Below are positions 17,831 through 27,820 of a DNA stretch of 32,000 nt, piece by piece. Both the position numbers and the translations under genes were made by a program. This DNA comes from an uncultured Candidatus Saccharibacteria bacterium (GTDB lineage Bacteria; Patescibacteriota; UBA1384; XYA2-FULL-43-10; 1-14-0-10-43-13), in NCBI GenBank assembly GCA_964543385.1, contig CAZIYE010000001.1:270001-302000 (forward strand), written 5' to 3'. The notes below the pieces were generated by a model that was not told where the DNA came from, did not search any database, and saw nothing but the letters and a program-made list of their open reading frames with translations. Position 1 is the first letter of the stretch. Each line of letters opens with the position of its first letter.

Positions 17831-17860
17831 TCCGGCCGCTACTAGTAAGCAGAGGCCGGG
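17831..17860 (-). terminator. GC hairpin TCCGGCC...GGCCGGG after ORF 17886..18401
   Basis: 6 GC pairs plus one G.U, 16-nt loop. The downstream tract is only moderately T-rich. Confidence 0.45.
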
Positions 17861-17885
17861 ATATGACGCGAGAAAGCTCAAATAT

Positions 17886-18401
17886 CTATGGGGTCTGTTC
17901 CCCCATGAAATATTGGAGTCCACTCTCGTCGAGGGGAACGGCCACCTCCATCTTGCACAGTACCGTTGTGTTGCCAGAGTCAGACCGGCTGGTAAAGGCC
18001 GGCATCAGGTCAATGACATGGTAGGCTGCTCGTGATACCGGAATGGCTTTCGCCATCTCGATAGCACGATCGAGGTTGGCATGGGCCTGCGGACAACGCA
18101 GACACAAGGATTCGAGGTACCCCTCAGGAAATGGCTCATCACGTCGAGCGTGATAGAGAATCACCTCCAGAAAGGGTGTCCACGGGCCGCTGGACGGCTC
18201 ATGTTTTGTTGTGCGCTGAACCGTACGAAGGGCAATACCACCGTCATCTCGGTCACGGTCATTGTCGGAAACAACAATGAAGGTTTCAGCCTTCTTTGTT
18301 TTTCGCAATACCGGACAATTGATGCAGTTAATGTTTCCTTCATCACGGCGAGTCAGACATATGGATTCTACCCCAGGTAGATCCAACGCCGATGTAGACA
18401 T
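17886..18401 (-). CDS. hypothetical protein, 171 aa, GC-rich orphan with CINCP...CLRCP Cys pairs
   Basis: A 171-codon ORF in a segment where line 18061-18120 counts 34/60 G+C, against 21/60 in the neighbouring gene. AAGGGGG SD lies 5 nt before the ATG. Confidence 0.6.
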   Translation of the reverse strand: MSTSALDLPGVESICLTRRDEGNINCINCPVLRKTKKAETFIVVSDNDRDRDDGGIALRTVQRTTKHEPSSGPWTPFLEVILYHARRDEPFPEGYLESLCLRCPQAHANLDRAIEMAKAIPVSRAAYHVIDLMPAFTSRSDSGNTTVLCKMEVAVPLDESGLQYFMGEQTP

Positions 18402-18412
18402 AACTACCCCCT

Positions 18413-18422
18413 TAGCACATAG
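18413..18422. repeat. 10-bp direct repeat TAGCACATAG, right copy
   Basis: See 17792-17801. It lies immediately upstream of the SD of ORF 17886..18401. Confidence 0.5.
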
Positions 18423-18483
18423 TTCTGCGGCAATACTACCAAATTAATATTGATAAGAAAAGCTTTGGAGATAGCTGCTGTTT

Positions 18484-19506
18484 CTATTTTATCTTATGAT
18501 TTGCAAAAGGATCACGGATCTTAATCACCCCAGCCTTCACATCTCCAATTCCGACATATAGATCAGCAGTACCATCTTTATTCCTGTGCAATCCCCCACT
18601 AAAAATAATTTTTCCTAGATCGTTTTTCTTTGGTGCTACGGGTGGAAATTCATCTGCAGTTGTTAATATTTCCATATGAGTATGATTTTTTGTTTTTGGA
18701 TCAAAAATAAAAGCCATAGCATAATAATGTCGTACATCTCCATCAAAATGTGCGATATGGCCCAAAACACCTATTCTGCCACCATCTAGCAAATGCAGCT
18801 CATTTACTCCTCCCCACTCATCATCATGAAATTGATTTTCTATGATTCTCGCCTTCGGAATAGCATCTTCAAGTTGGTCAAGATTTTCTATCTCTATGTA
18901 TCCAATTTTTCCAAGACCAGCATTGTTGCCTTGTGGACGGGTAAATACACCTATCTTGCCACTATTCAGACCTATAAGCCTTATATCCTTCATACCCTTT
19001 GAACCTTTTGCGAAAGGTTCAATGACAAAACCATCCTTGTTAAATAACTCCAATAAAGTTTTTTTATATCTATAAAAATAAGTTTGATAGTAAGCTATTT
19101 TCCCGTCTTCTTGATGGATATGTACTCCACCAACTATATTGTATCCCTGAATATCTTCATTATAAAAAGGATCTTGGAGACCTAATACAGGAGCCTCATC
19201 AACTAGTCTCCAAACATTACCGCTCTCTTCAAAAAACATTATTTTTGAATCTTCCGAGTTTAAAGGCTCTACTCTCCCGAACAAATACCTTTTTGAGTCA
19301 GATATAATAGGTTTTGTAATATTATAAATTGATATGTTGGTTGCTTCCAAATGTGTGTCAAAATGTTTCTTTAATATTTGTGGACTCTCCTCAATATCAA
19401 AAGATAGCAACTCTCCCTTGTCTAATTTACGGTTTCTATTGGCATCATAATAAATTGCTAGAAGTTCATTTGCGCTCTTTGCTTTTGCCTGATCATATTT
19501 TTTCAT
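18484..19506 (-). CDS. cytoplasmic beta-propeller-like protein (DUF1861/GH43-like; tentative), 340 aa
   Basis: No signal peptide. Repeated beta-strand/Gly-turn pattern (GGVHIH, GKIGYIE, GGRIGVLGH, GGLHRNKDGTADLYVGIGD). Family assignment is from memory and unverified. Confidence 0.7.
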   Translation of the reverse strand: MKKYDQAKAKSANELLAIYYDANRNRKLDKGELLSFDIEESPQILKKHFDTHLEATNISIYNITKPIISDSKRYLFGRVEPLNSEDSKIMFFEESGNVWRLVDEAPVLGLQDPFYNEDIQGYNIVGGVHIHQEDGKIAYYQTYFYRYKKTLLELFNKDGFVIEPFAKGSKGMKDIRLIGLNSGKIGVFTRPQGNNAGLGKIGYIEIENLDQLEDAIPKARIIENQFHDDEWGGVNELHLLDGGRIGVLGHIAHFDGDVRHYYAMAFIFDPKTKNHTHMEILTTADEFPPVAPKKNDLGKIIFSGGLHRNKDGTADLYVGIGDVKAGVIKIRDPFANHKIK

Positions 19507-19515
19507 ACTAAGTGT

Positions 19516-19543
19516 AGTATAGAAAAAATACTCCCCTTTTCAA
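19516..19543 (-). promoter_or_regulatory. TTGAAA-16-TATACT promoter only 9 nt from the ATG (leaderless mRNA candidate)
   Basis: -35 at 19543..19538, -10 at 19521..19516, ATG at 19506..19504. No SD fits between them. Confidence 0.4.
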
Positions 19544-19562
19544 GCAAAATAGCTTTTTTGCA

Positions 19563-21269
19563 TTATCTGTAAATTTCCGGAAGAGGAAACGTTTTGCCAA
19601 TTTCCCTCTTCTGCTCGAGATCCTTAATATGCTTTTCTTTTTCAGATATAAATTTCGAAAGATCAAATCCAAACTTTGATATTAGCATTGAAGCATATTT
19701 CCCACCAAGAAAATGGGGAGTTATTACATAGGTAGCGCCAGCCTCATAGAGGCCTATTGCCTCATCGACATCATGCGAGATAACAATTACTACCGTTTCT
19801 GAATTTTCAGCTTTTATTTTGGCTATAAGAAACTGATTTGTCTCAAAATCTGGAATTGTCGATATGACCATTTTGGTTTTTCCAAGATTCAACTCTTCTA
19901 AAAATTCATTATCATCCGCATCACCATATCGACAGGATACTTTGGCCTCCTCGAGCTCCTTGATCTTCTCTGGATCAAAATCAACGACTAAGAACTTTTT
20001 GCCCAACTCTCCAAAAAGTTCAAGAAAGTCTGTGCCCATACGATTGCAGCCAAAGAGGATCACATCATGATTTTCACTCAAAACTTTTCCGCTTTTGACA
20101 GTATTACGTTCATAAATAAACTTTTGGAAAAAAGGATAAATTTTTCCACTGTAGAGAACAATGTAGGAAGATATTGCAATAGTGATAAGACTGACTAAAG
20201 TAATTAAGGATATAATGTCTGGCGATATACCACTTACTTTTTCAGCTAATATAAGGAGAATTAGAGAAAATTCACTCACTTGAGTAAAATTAACAGCTGT
20301 AAAGAAATTTATCTTCTTCCTGTAACCAGTTATTCCAGTCAAAAATAAAACTATCAACGGCTTGATGATTATTACAAATAGGGATAGGAAAATTGCTGGG
20401 TAAATAATAGTAGGCAATGATCCAACTTTTATCTTTGATCCCAACAAAATAAAGAAGAGAATTATAAAAAAATCACGAAGAGGTCTAAGCCTCGAGCTTA
20501 TCTCAAAATGATAAGTTGATGTTGACAATGTGACACCCGCGATTAGAGCACCAATCTCCATCGAGAACCCTAGATAGTGGAATAAGGTAGCCAATCCCAA
20601 ACCCCAGCCGATTGAGAATAAAAATAAAAATTCCTGAGATTTGGCAAATGAGGCTGACAGCATTGGAACAATATAAATTGTAAATAATATGATTAGGTCG
20701 AAAACTACGATACCCTTTATCAGCATGAGAGAAATAGACGAAATATCAGCGCTTCCACCGCTAAAAGCGGAAATTCCGATCAAGATAATTGCGACAACAA
20801 GATCCTGCACAAGCAATAGTCCTATCGATATTTTACTATAGAATTTTGATAGCTCTCTTTTATCTGAGAGTAATTTCATTATGATAATCGTACTCGAAAA
20901 AGTTAATGCCATCCCAACATAGATAGAGGTAATCAAATTAAAATGTAATAAGAAGTAACAGACCAAAAAACCGGCGGTAGTAGTAAGAATGATTTGCCCG
21001 AGTCCAGCAAGTAGCGAGACCTTTCCTACCTCTTTAATAACTTTTGGAGTCAAATTTAGACCAATGATAAAAAGTAGCAACGCGATGCCGAATTGAGAAA
21101 GCGAATCAACCACCTCTTGAAACTGAAGGCTTTTAAAAAGAAACGGCCCCACTATTAGACCGGTAATAATATGTCCAATGATCAAGGGTTGTTTTAATTT
21201 TTGTAAAATACCCGCTACTAATGCAGCAATTACAATTGTGAGACTAAGCCCTACAAAAATGTCCATCAA
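19563..21269 (-). CDS. CPA2-family cation:proton antiporter with C-terminal RCK/TrkA-N domain (Kef-like)
   Basis: About 12 TM helices, then the Rossmann motif ILFGCNRMG. Confidence 0.9.
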   Translation of the reverse strand: MMDIFVGLSLTIVIAALVAGILQKLKQPLIIGHIITGLIVGPFLFKSLQFQEVVDSLSQFGIALLLFIIGLNLTPKVIKEVGKVSLLAGLGQIILTTTAGFLVCYFLLHFNLITSIYVGMALTFSSTIIIMKLLSDKRELSKFYSKISIGLLLVQDLVVAIILIGISAFSGGSADISSISLMLIKGIVVFDLIILFTIYIVPMLSASFAKSQEFLFLFSIGWGLGLATLFHYLGFSMEIGALIAGVTLSTSTYHFEISSRLRPLRDFFIILFFILLGSKIKVGSLPTIIYPAIFLSLFVIIIKPLIVLFLTGITGYRKKINFFTAVNFTQVSEFSLILLILAEKVSGISPDIISLITLVSLITIAISSYIVLYSGKIYPFFQKFIYERNTVKSGKVLSENHDVILFGCNRMGTDFLELFGELGKKFLVVDFDPEKIKELEEAKVSCRYGDADDNEFLEELNLGKTKMVISTIPDFETNQFLIAKIKAENSETVVIVISHDVDEAIGLYEAGATYVITPHFLGGKYASMLISKFGFDLSKFISEKEKHIKDLEQKREIGKTFPLPEIYR

Positions 21270-21361
21270 AACCCCTCATTTATTTCTTACTATATTATAA
21301 CTAACTCCCACACAAAAAAACAATGATGGCAAACTTAACCATAAAAAAATAGACATTATTT

Positions 21362-21438
21362 TGGTGGGCGCGGGAGAACTCGAATCTCCGACCCCGTCAT
21401 TATCAGTGACGTGCTCTAACCAACTGAGCTACGCGCCC
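21362..21438 (-). tRNA. tRNA-Ile (anticodon GAU), CCA encoded
   Basis: GGGCGCGTAGCTCAGTTGGTTAGAGCACGTCACTGATAATGACGGGGTCGGAGATTCGAGTTCTCCCGCGCCCACCA. Anticodon loop is CTGATAA. Confidence 0.92.
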
Positions 21439-21470
21439 AAAATAGAATGTCTATTTTTATGAACGATCAA

Positions 21471-21499
21471 ATACTAACAAAAAACCAAGTTTATTTCAA
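21471..21499 (-). promoter_or_regulatory. tRNA-Ile promoter TTGAAA-17-TAGTAT
   Basis: Hexamers at 21499..21494 and 21476..21471. The tRNA begins 32 nt downstream of the -10. Confidence 0.55.
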
Positions 21500-21521
21500 C
21501 TCTCAAAGAACTTTTTTTCAA

Positions 21522-22760
21522 TTAAACAGAGGTTCCCTCTGTTTCCGCTAAAGAATTACGGTTGGCTTTAACATAGAAAAATATCAAAGAAAACAAAATT
21601 ATTCCTGAAACCAACCATGAAAATTGGATTGATTGATTCTTCCCGACCCAACCGAGTATCAATAAACCAAAGGCTCCTCCCAATTTTCCCATTGCTGAGT
21701 CAAAAGACAAAATAGTGGCTCTTTTATCATTTGGAATAAATTTATTCAGGTATGCCTTTTGAACTGGTCGTTGCATCCCCCTGCCGAATTCATGGATTAA
21801 AAATCCCATTAAAACAGCTACAAAAGTACCGCTATAAGAGATTGCGACTATCGGTAAAGCCAAAATTATAGCCATCAATATAAGAATATAAGAATAGCTT
21901 TTCTGTTTTTTTAATAAATAGTTGATTGCATAGCCGCCAGCCATCATTAACAATGAAAAACCGACCCAAACCCATCCGAGCAACCAAACTTGATTACCGG
22001 CAAGATCATTTAGTCTTGGCGTCCAAAACATGTTTAAAGGCATAAAGGCGAACATCGAGACTACCGAGGACAAGATAAGCCACAAAATAACAGGATGCTT
22101 CATACCATAAGAAATGCTATCTTTGGCAATTGTCATCATTTGGGAAAAGCCAAAACCAATAGTTTTCTTCTTTGCGCCAAAATCATTTTTTACAAACATA
22201 ATTCCGACCGCCAAAGCAATCAAGGAAATCATCGCGCCAAAAGCAAAAGGCAATCCCAAACTAACATTTGCAATGTAGGCACCAATTAAACCGCCGATAA
22301 CCGTAGCAAAACGACCAATAATATTAGCTTGAGAAAAAACAAAATCTACTTTTCCGGTATATTTATTTTCTTCAAGTTTATCGATTATCCAAGCATCGAG
22401 AGCGCCCGAGGCAAAGGTAGTAGCAAGAGCAGCGAATAGCTCAGCAATAACAAAAAAGATAAAGCTAGAAGAAAAAAAATAAATTGTAAACATGCAGACC
22501 ATCAGGGCACTACTGATAATAATTGATTTTTTACGACCAAAATAGTCAGCATAAGCTCCAGTAGGAATTTCAAAAATAAAACTACCAAACATAAAGGCAA
22601 AGTTTACTAAGTTGACCTGAAATAGATCCAGGCCTTTGTCTAACAGAAACAATATATAGGTTACAAAAATAAGACTCATCGCAAAATCAGTCAAAAAAGT
22701 CAGTAAATAATAAACCGACTTAGGATCTCTATTTTTGATATTCTGATGAAAATTATTCAT
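21522..22760 (-). CDS. MFS transporter, 412 aa
   Basis: 12 hydrophobic segments. The loop 2-3 motif GAYADYFGRKK matches the MFS signature. Confidence 0.85.
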   Translation of the reverse strand: MNNFHQNIKNRDPKSVYYLLTFLTDFAMSLIFVTYILFLLDKGLDLFQVNLVNFAFMFGSFIFEIPTGAYADYFGRKKSIIISSALMVCMFTIYFFSSSFIFFVIAELFAALATTFASGALDAWIIDKLEENKYTGKVDFVFSQANIIGRFATVIGGLIGAYIANVSLGLPFAFGAMISLIALAVGIMFVKNDFGAKKKTIGFGFSQMMTIAKDSISYGMKHPVILWLILSSVVSMFAFMPLNMFWTPRLNDLAGNQVWLLGWVWVGFSLLMMAGGYAINYLLKKQKSYSYILILMAIILALPIVAISYSGTFVAVLMGFLIHEFGRGMQRPVQKAYLNKFIPNDKRATILSFDSAMGKLGGAFGLLILGWVGKNQSIQFSWLVSGIILFSLIFFYVKANRNSLAETEGTSV

Positions 22761-22790
22761 TTGTAGAAATATTATATTGCTTATCTTAAC

Positions 22791-22811
22791 AAAAAAATCG
22801 CCTTTCGGCGA
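22791..22811 (-). terminator. terminator closing the 16S transcription unit
   Basis: TCGCC gaaa GGCGA followed by T7 on the minus strand, located between the 16S trailer stem and the MFS gene. Confidence 0.7.
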
Positions 22812-22820
22812 CTTTTCATC

Positions 22821-22848
22821 TTTTGCAACTAAATAGTGATAGAGTACG
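22821..22848 (-). promoter_or_regulatory. 16S trailer half of the processing stem
   Basis: Its reverse complement matches 24558-24584 at 26 of 27 positions with one single-nt bulge. Confidence 0.75.
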
Positions 22849-22961
22849 CACCTACATGCAGAGGTTCTGCTGTAGGATTTTCTGCCTCTTGATTCGAAGA
22901 ACGAATCGAGAGTGATCGACCATCTCTCAAGACCAATTGCTTGGCCAGAGATGCTCCTTAG

Positions 22962-24408
<1,447 letters not shown>

Positions 24409-24557
24409 GTAAACAATGCACCAAAGTGCATCGTTTTTATTGAGTTTGATTAGCTCTATAAAAATACTAATCAAAAATTATTCTCTCAAAAGAATTGCCT
24501 ACTAGACCCTTCAGCTCCGCCAATAAATTGGCTTTGCTTCTAGGTTTTTCAGACAAA

Positions 24558-24584
24558 CGTACTTATCACTATTTAGTTGTAAAA
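24558..24584 (-). promoter_or_regulatory. 16S leader half of the processing stem
   Basis: Pairs with 22821-22848. A boxA-like TTCTTTTGAGAG (24494..24483) lies between this stem and the 16S gene; that call is tentative. Confidence 0.7.
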
Positions 24585-24683
24585 GAACGTTGTCCCGCCT
24601 CAAAAACAAACGAGACAAAAATACTAGCAAAAATAAACAATCCCCTTATAGAAATTTCTATTTAATTTTTGCAGCTAAAGTGA

Positions 24684-24712
24684 ATACTATCGAAAAAAAC
24701 CCATCTTGTCAA
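24684..24712 (-). promoter_or_regulatory. 16S promoter TTGACA-17-TAGTAT
   Basis: -35 at 24712..24707 and -10 at 24689..24684. It sits just downstream of terminator 24743-24772 and about 275 nt upstream of 16S. Confidence 0.55.
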
Positions 24713-24742
24713 CACCAATTTAATTTTTTCAAAAATGGAAAT

Positions 24743-24772
24743 AATAAAGCCCAGAATTTTCTGGGCTTTATT
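24743..24772. terminator. terminator AATAAAGCCCAG aatttt CTGGGCTTTATT
   Basis: 12-bp stem, 28 nt after the stop of ORF 24800..25474. It insulates the 16S unit from upstream genes. Confidence 0.8.
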
Positions 24773-24799
24773 ATTTCACCGAGCAATTGAATGAAGTTC

Positions 24800-25474
24800 T
24801 TACTTAAGAAGTGATTTGGTGTTTATATCTATGTAATAAGTTTTTCCATTCAGTTTATTTAAAGAATTTATAGCTTTGGCTTCATTTGTAGCATATGAGA
24901 ATGGAGCAGAGACTTTTACCTTGCCAATGGATTTATTATTGAATTTAACCTCATAAACTGCATTCTTCCACATACTGCTCACTACCATGCCACCCTTATC
25001 AGTCATAGAAACATTATAGCCAGTGAAAAATATGCTCTTGGTTTTGTAAACTTTACCATTATTGTAATATTTAGTATCTAATCTATAAAGCCTAGTCATA
25101 AAATTAGGTCCATTGAATTCATGACTATTGCGCTCTACAACACAACCGCCATTGGGATGACCAGGAGCTCCTTTTTTATAGCAATTCTTCGCAGTGACAA
25201 CGCTGGATGTCTTATAAGGACCATCATATTCCTTTTTTGTTGCTTTGTCCCTTATTACAATCTTAAAACCAGCTGTTGGACCGACAGCAACAGGATAGCC
25301 TTCTTCAACACACTTCCCCTTTTTTTCGCTACATGACGCTGACATAGTATCAGCACCAATCTTGTCTTTTAGAAAGAAACTTGCTGCCCCAAGAATTACA
25401 ACAATTGCTGTTATAATTGCAATTGTCACTTTGCTAGTTAACTTTAGTCTTTTTAAGACACTCTTCTTTTTCAT
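24800..25474 (-). CDS. signal-anchored secreted hypothetical protein, 224 aa (paralogue-like to 25493..26710)
   Basis: N-terminal TM segment VTIAIITAIVVILGAASFF. Motif KNCYKKGAPGHPNGGC is shared in form with the neighbouring gene. Confidence 0.8.
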   Translation of the reverse strand: MKKKSVLKRLKLTSKVTIAIITAIVVILGAASFFLKDKIGADTMSASCSEKKGKCVEEGYPVAVGPTAGFKIVIRDKATKKEYDGPYKTSSVVTAKNCYKKGAPGHPNGGCVVERNSHEFNGPNFMTRLYRLDTKYYNNGKVYKTKSIFFTGYNVSMTDKGGMVVSSMWKNAVYEVKFNNKSIGKVKVSAPFSYATNEAKAINSLNKLNGKTYYIDINTKSLLK

Positions 25475-25492
25475 TAGCCTCTCCTTTTTATT

Positions 25493-26710
25493 CTATTTAA
25501 CTTTAATTAAGTACTGTTTTTCAATAAAACTATTATATTTATCCAGCATCTTTTCTTTATTATTATTTCTCTCAGTTGCATCCATAGATTTTATAATTAT
25601 CAGATTAAATTTCGGTCGATAAAATGGGGATTGGATGGTTCTTGCAGCTATTTTTTTGCCTTCCATATTCGTCGCGACAACTTCTGATTTGCTCCAGATT
25701 CTGAATCTATTGCCAGAAATTGTCTGACCAATAAAATAATCATTCCCTACATTGATCAGCTCTGTTTTAAATCTAGCAACTCCATCATTACCAGCAAGGC
25801 CTTTCTCACCATAATATTTCTTAGTCTTTGTGCAATCCTTTTCCTTTTCTGCAGTAATAGTACATTCATAATACCAATTATAGACTTCGTAAACCTGGCC
25901 CGAGATAGCCTCACCACCCTTTGATCTTATAAAGTTAACAACTGTGGACCCAGTAGCAATTGCATTGGCCGACAATACAGGCTGACTAGGGGTTGCAGGA
26001 GCAGGGGTCGCAGAGGCAGCCGGGGTTCCAGCATCTGGACCAACGCTACTGGTTATTTTATCAGTAGGGATCTTTATAGTCTTGACGGCCCCATTCAAAT
26101 TAGCTATATCGCTCTTTGCTTTGTCCAATTTCTTTTGAAAATAAACATTTGAATTTATGGGAAATCGTGCAATTTCCTCCTTCTTGTCAACCGACTTGAT
26201 GACTATGGTATTCGTCTTCCAAGCAACAAAATTTGTGCCACTACCAATACCTGAAAAATAGTAATCATATTTCTTCTGTTTCTTATTACTATATTCGAAA
26301 GTCTGGTTTACGTGGAACAATTTACTTTGAAAAGAAGCTGTTCCATCAGATGCGACCGAGACCGGAACTTCACTGGGCTTATCCACAGAAAAACAGCCAC
26401 CCTTTGGATGTGTTACAGTAGAACCTTTTGGCCCGCAGTCCTTACCCGTTATTAGGCTTGCCACGGATATTTTGTTAATTAATTCTTGCTTAAGAGGAGT
26501 ACCTGTTTCATCAACAAGCTGTATTTTGTAAGTGTTGGGCGAGACAGAAATCTCATCGAAAACTTCTGAGACTTTGGCAGCATCATTAGTGCTGGCGGAA
26601 TAATTGTTATTAAAATAATAAATAACACCAACGACCAAAGCTATTATTATCAATAATAAAAAACGAGAATTCTTTTTACCTTTCCCTTTTAGAGACTTCT
26701 TTTTTGCCAC
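25493..26710 (-). CDS. signal-anchored secreted hypothetical protein, 405 aa
   Basis: GTG start after AGGAGGGG. TM segment FLLLIIIALVVGVIYYF. Motif KDCGPKGSTVTHPKGGC. Pro/Ala/Thr linker between two halves. Confidence 0.8.
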   Translation of the reverse strand: MAKKKSLKGKGKKNSRFLLLIIIALVVGVIYYFNNNYSASTNDAAKVSEVFDEISVSPNTYKIQLVDETGTPLKQELINKISVASLITGKDCGPKGSTVTHPKGGCFSVDKPSEVPVSVASDGTASFQSKLFHVNQTFEYSNKKQKKYDYYFSGIGSGTNFVAWKTNTIVIKSVDKKEEIARFPINSNVYFQKKLDKAKSDIANLNGAVKTIKIPTDKITSSVGPDAGTPAASATPAPATPSQPVLSANAIATGSTVVNFIRSKGGEAISGQVYEVYNWYYECTITAEKEKDCTKTKKYYGEKGLAGNDGVARFKTELINVGNDYFIGQTISGNRFRIWSKSEVVATNMEGKKIAARTIQSPFYRPKFNLIIIKSMDATERNNNKEKMLDKYNSFIEKQYLIKVK

Positions 26711-26749
26711 TTCCCCTCCTGATATAAAAAATAGACGTATTTGTAGTTA

Positions 26750-26777
26750 ATTATACCACCAAGCAATTGCGTGTCAA
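26750..26777 (-). promoter_or_regulatory. strong promoter TTGACA-16-TATAAT
   Basis: Both hexamers are consensus (26777..26772 and 26755..26750), about 40 nt upstream of the GTG at 26710. Confidence 0.65.
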
Positions 26778-26796
26778 ATTATTTCCAAGGTTGATT

Positions 26797-27762
26797 TTAA
26801 TTGACTCTCGAATATCTAATATGACCAGAGCAGGAGATAATTTCAATCCCCTGCTTTTCCAGTTCATCAAGAATAATATTGAGGCCCAGAGAGTCAGAAG
26901 CGATATGGCCAGCAATTACAATATTTAAGTAGTGTTTTACTGCTTCTTCACGATGTTTTTCAGGGATATGCATACCTATCTCAGTGCCAATACCATATTG
27001 GCTCATTTTCTCATACATTTTTTCCGATCCAGTTGTGCCACCAGTCATACCAGAGACAACAATCTTTCCGGCTCTCGACTTGTCACTACCGGCAAAGATA
27101 ACAGGGCCTGCATTTCTAGCAATACCTTCAGCATATTCTGGAATTTCTTTGAGAGCTTCAATAATCTCTCCAACCGTTTCTGGATTTTTCTTGCTAATAT
27201 AACTGTTAACAAATTTCCAAACTGAATTATCAGCAGGAGTATGAATATTCATCAACGGGATATCCAATAGTTTGGCTACATCTACCGCCTGATAATGATT
27301 TATAGGAGCAATACTTTGTGAAACTTGACGAAGCCTATCTTCTAGGACTTTCTCGGCAACATTAGCCGGAACCCCTGCCATTTCCAAGACTTCGGTTTGA
27401 ATATCCATAACTTCATGCAAATTTGTCAGAGCTTTTCCTTCAGGATGATGCGCAATAATAAGGTCAATTTTTTTGCCCTGCCTTTCCAACTCTTTTGCTA
27501 AAAGCACTTCTGCAGGGCTTATATCAATGCCCACTAAGACTCTTTTTATCTCTTTGCCAGGGTTACCATATTGAATACCACTATCAGAATAGGGGTTTTG
27601 CAACTTATCGACATCAAAATCTTTTTTCTTTTTAGCAGTCAATTCATCATATTCTTCTTTCCGTTTTTTTAAGATCTTATCGACTTTTGACCGACCCCTC
27701 GGGTCGTTATCGATACCAGTTTGAATTGCCAAATGGAAAATTTCCTTAATTTTCATAATCAC
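26797..27762 (-). CDS. NIF3-family (dinuclear metal centre) protein
   Basis: DLIIAHHP and C-terminal AGHIASD motifs resemble the NIF3/YbgI family, from memory. Confidence 0.65.
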   Translation of the reverse strand: MIMKIKEIFHLAIQTGIDNDPRGRSKVDKILKKRKEEYDELTAKKKKDFDVDKLQNPYSDSGIQYGNPGKEIKRVLVGIDISPAEVLLAKELERQGKKIDLIIAHHPEGKALTNLHEVMDIQTEVLEMAGVPANVAEKVLEDRLRQVSQSIAPINHYQAVDVAKLLDIPLMNIHTPADNSVWKFVNSYISKKNPETVGEIIEALKEIPEYAEGIARNAGPVIFAGSDKSRAGKIVVSGMTGGTTGSEKMYEKMSQYGIGTEIGMHIPEKHREEAVKHYLNIVIAGHIASDSLGLNIILDELEKQGIEIISCSGHIRYSRVN

Positions 27763-27820
27763 TCCAGTTACTAACTTTCTTTAAACATAACAATAATTAC
27801 AAGGGAGAACAATATATTAT

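Noticed and set aside
17831-17860. GC-rich post-ORF hairpins considered as integron attC sites.
   Set aside because: No R''/R' core (RYYYAAC/GTTRRRY) is visible, and there is no integrase or attI in the window.
17820-18420. GC-rich islets considered as large structured RNAs (RNase P, tmRNA, SRP, group I/II introns).
   Set aside because: No RNase P CR-I/CR-V, tmRNA termini or intron motifs were found. A 171-codon ORF with an SD is unlikely by chance. The possibility is kept open only for the 31.0-31.4 kb islet.
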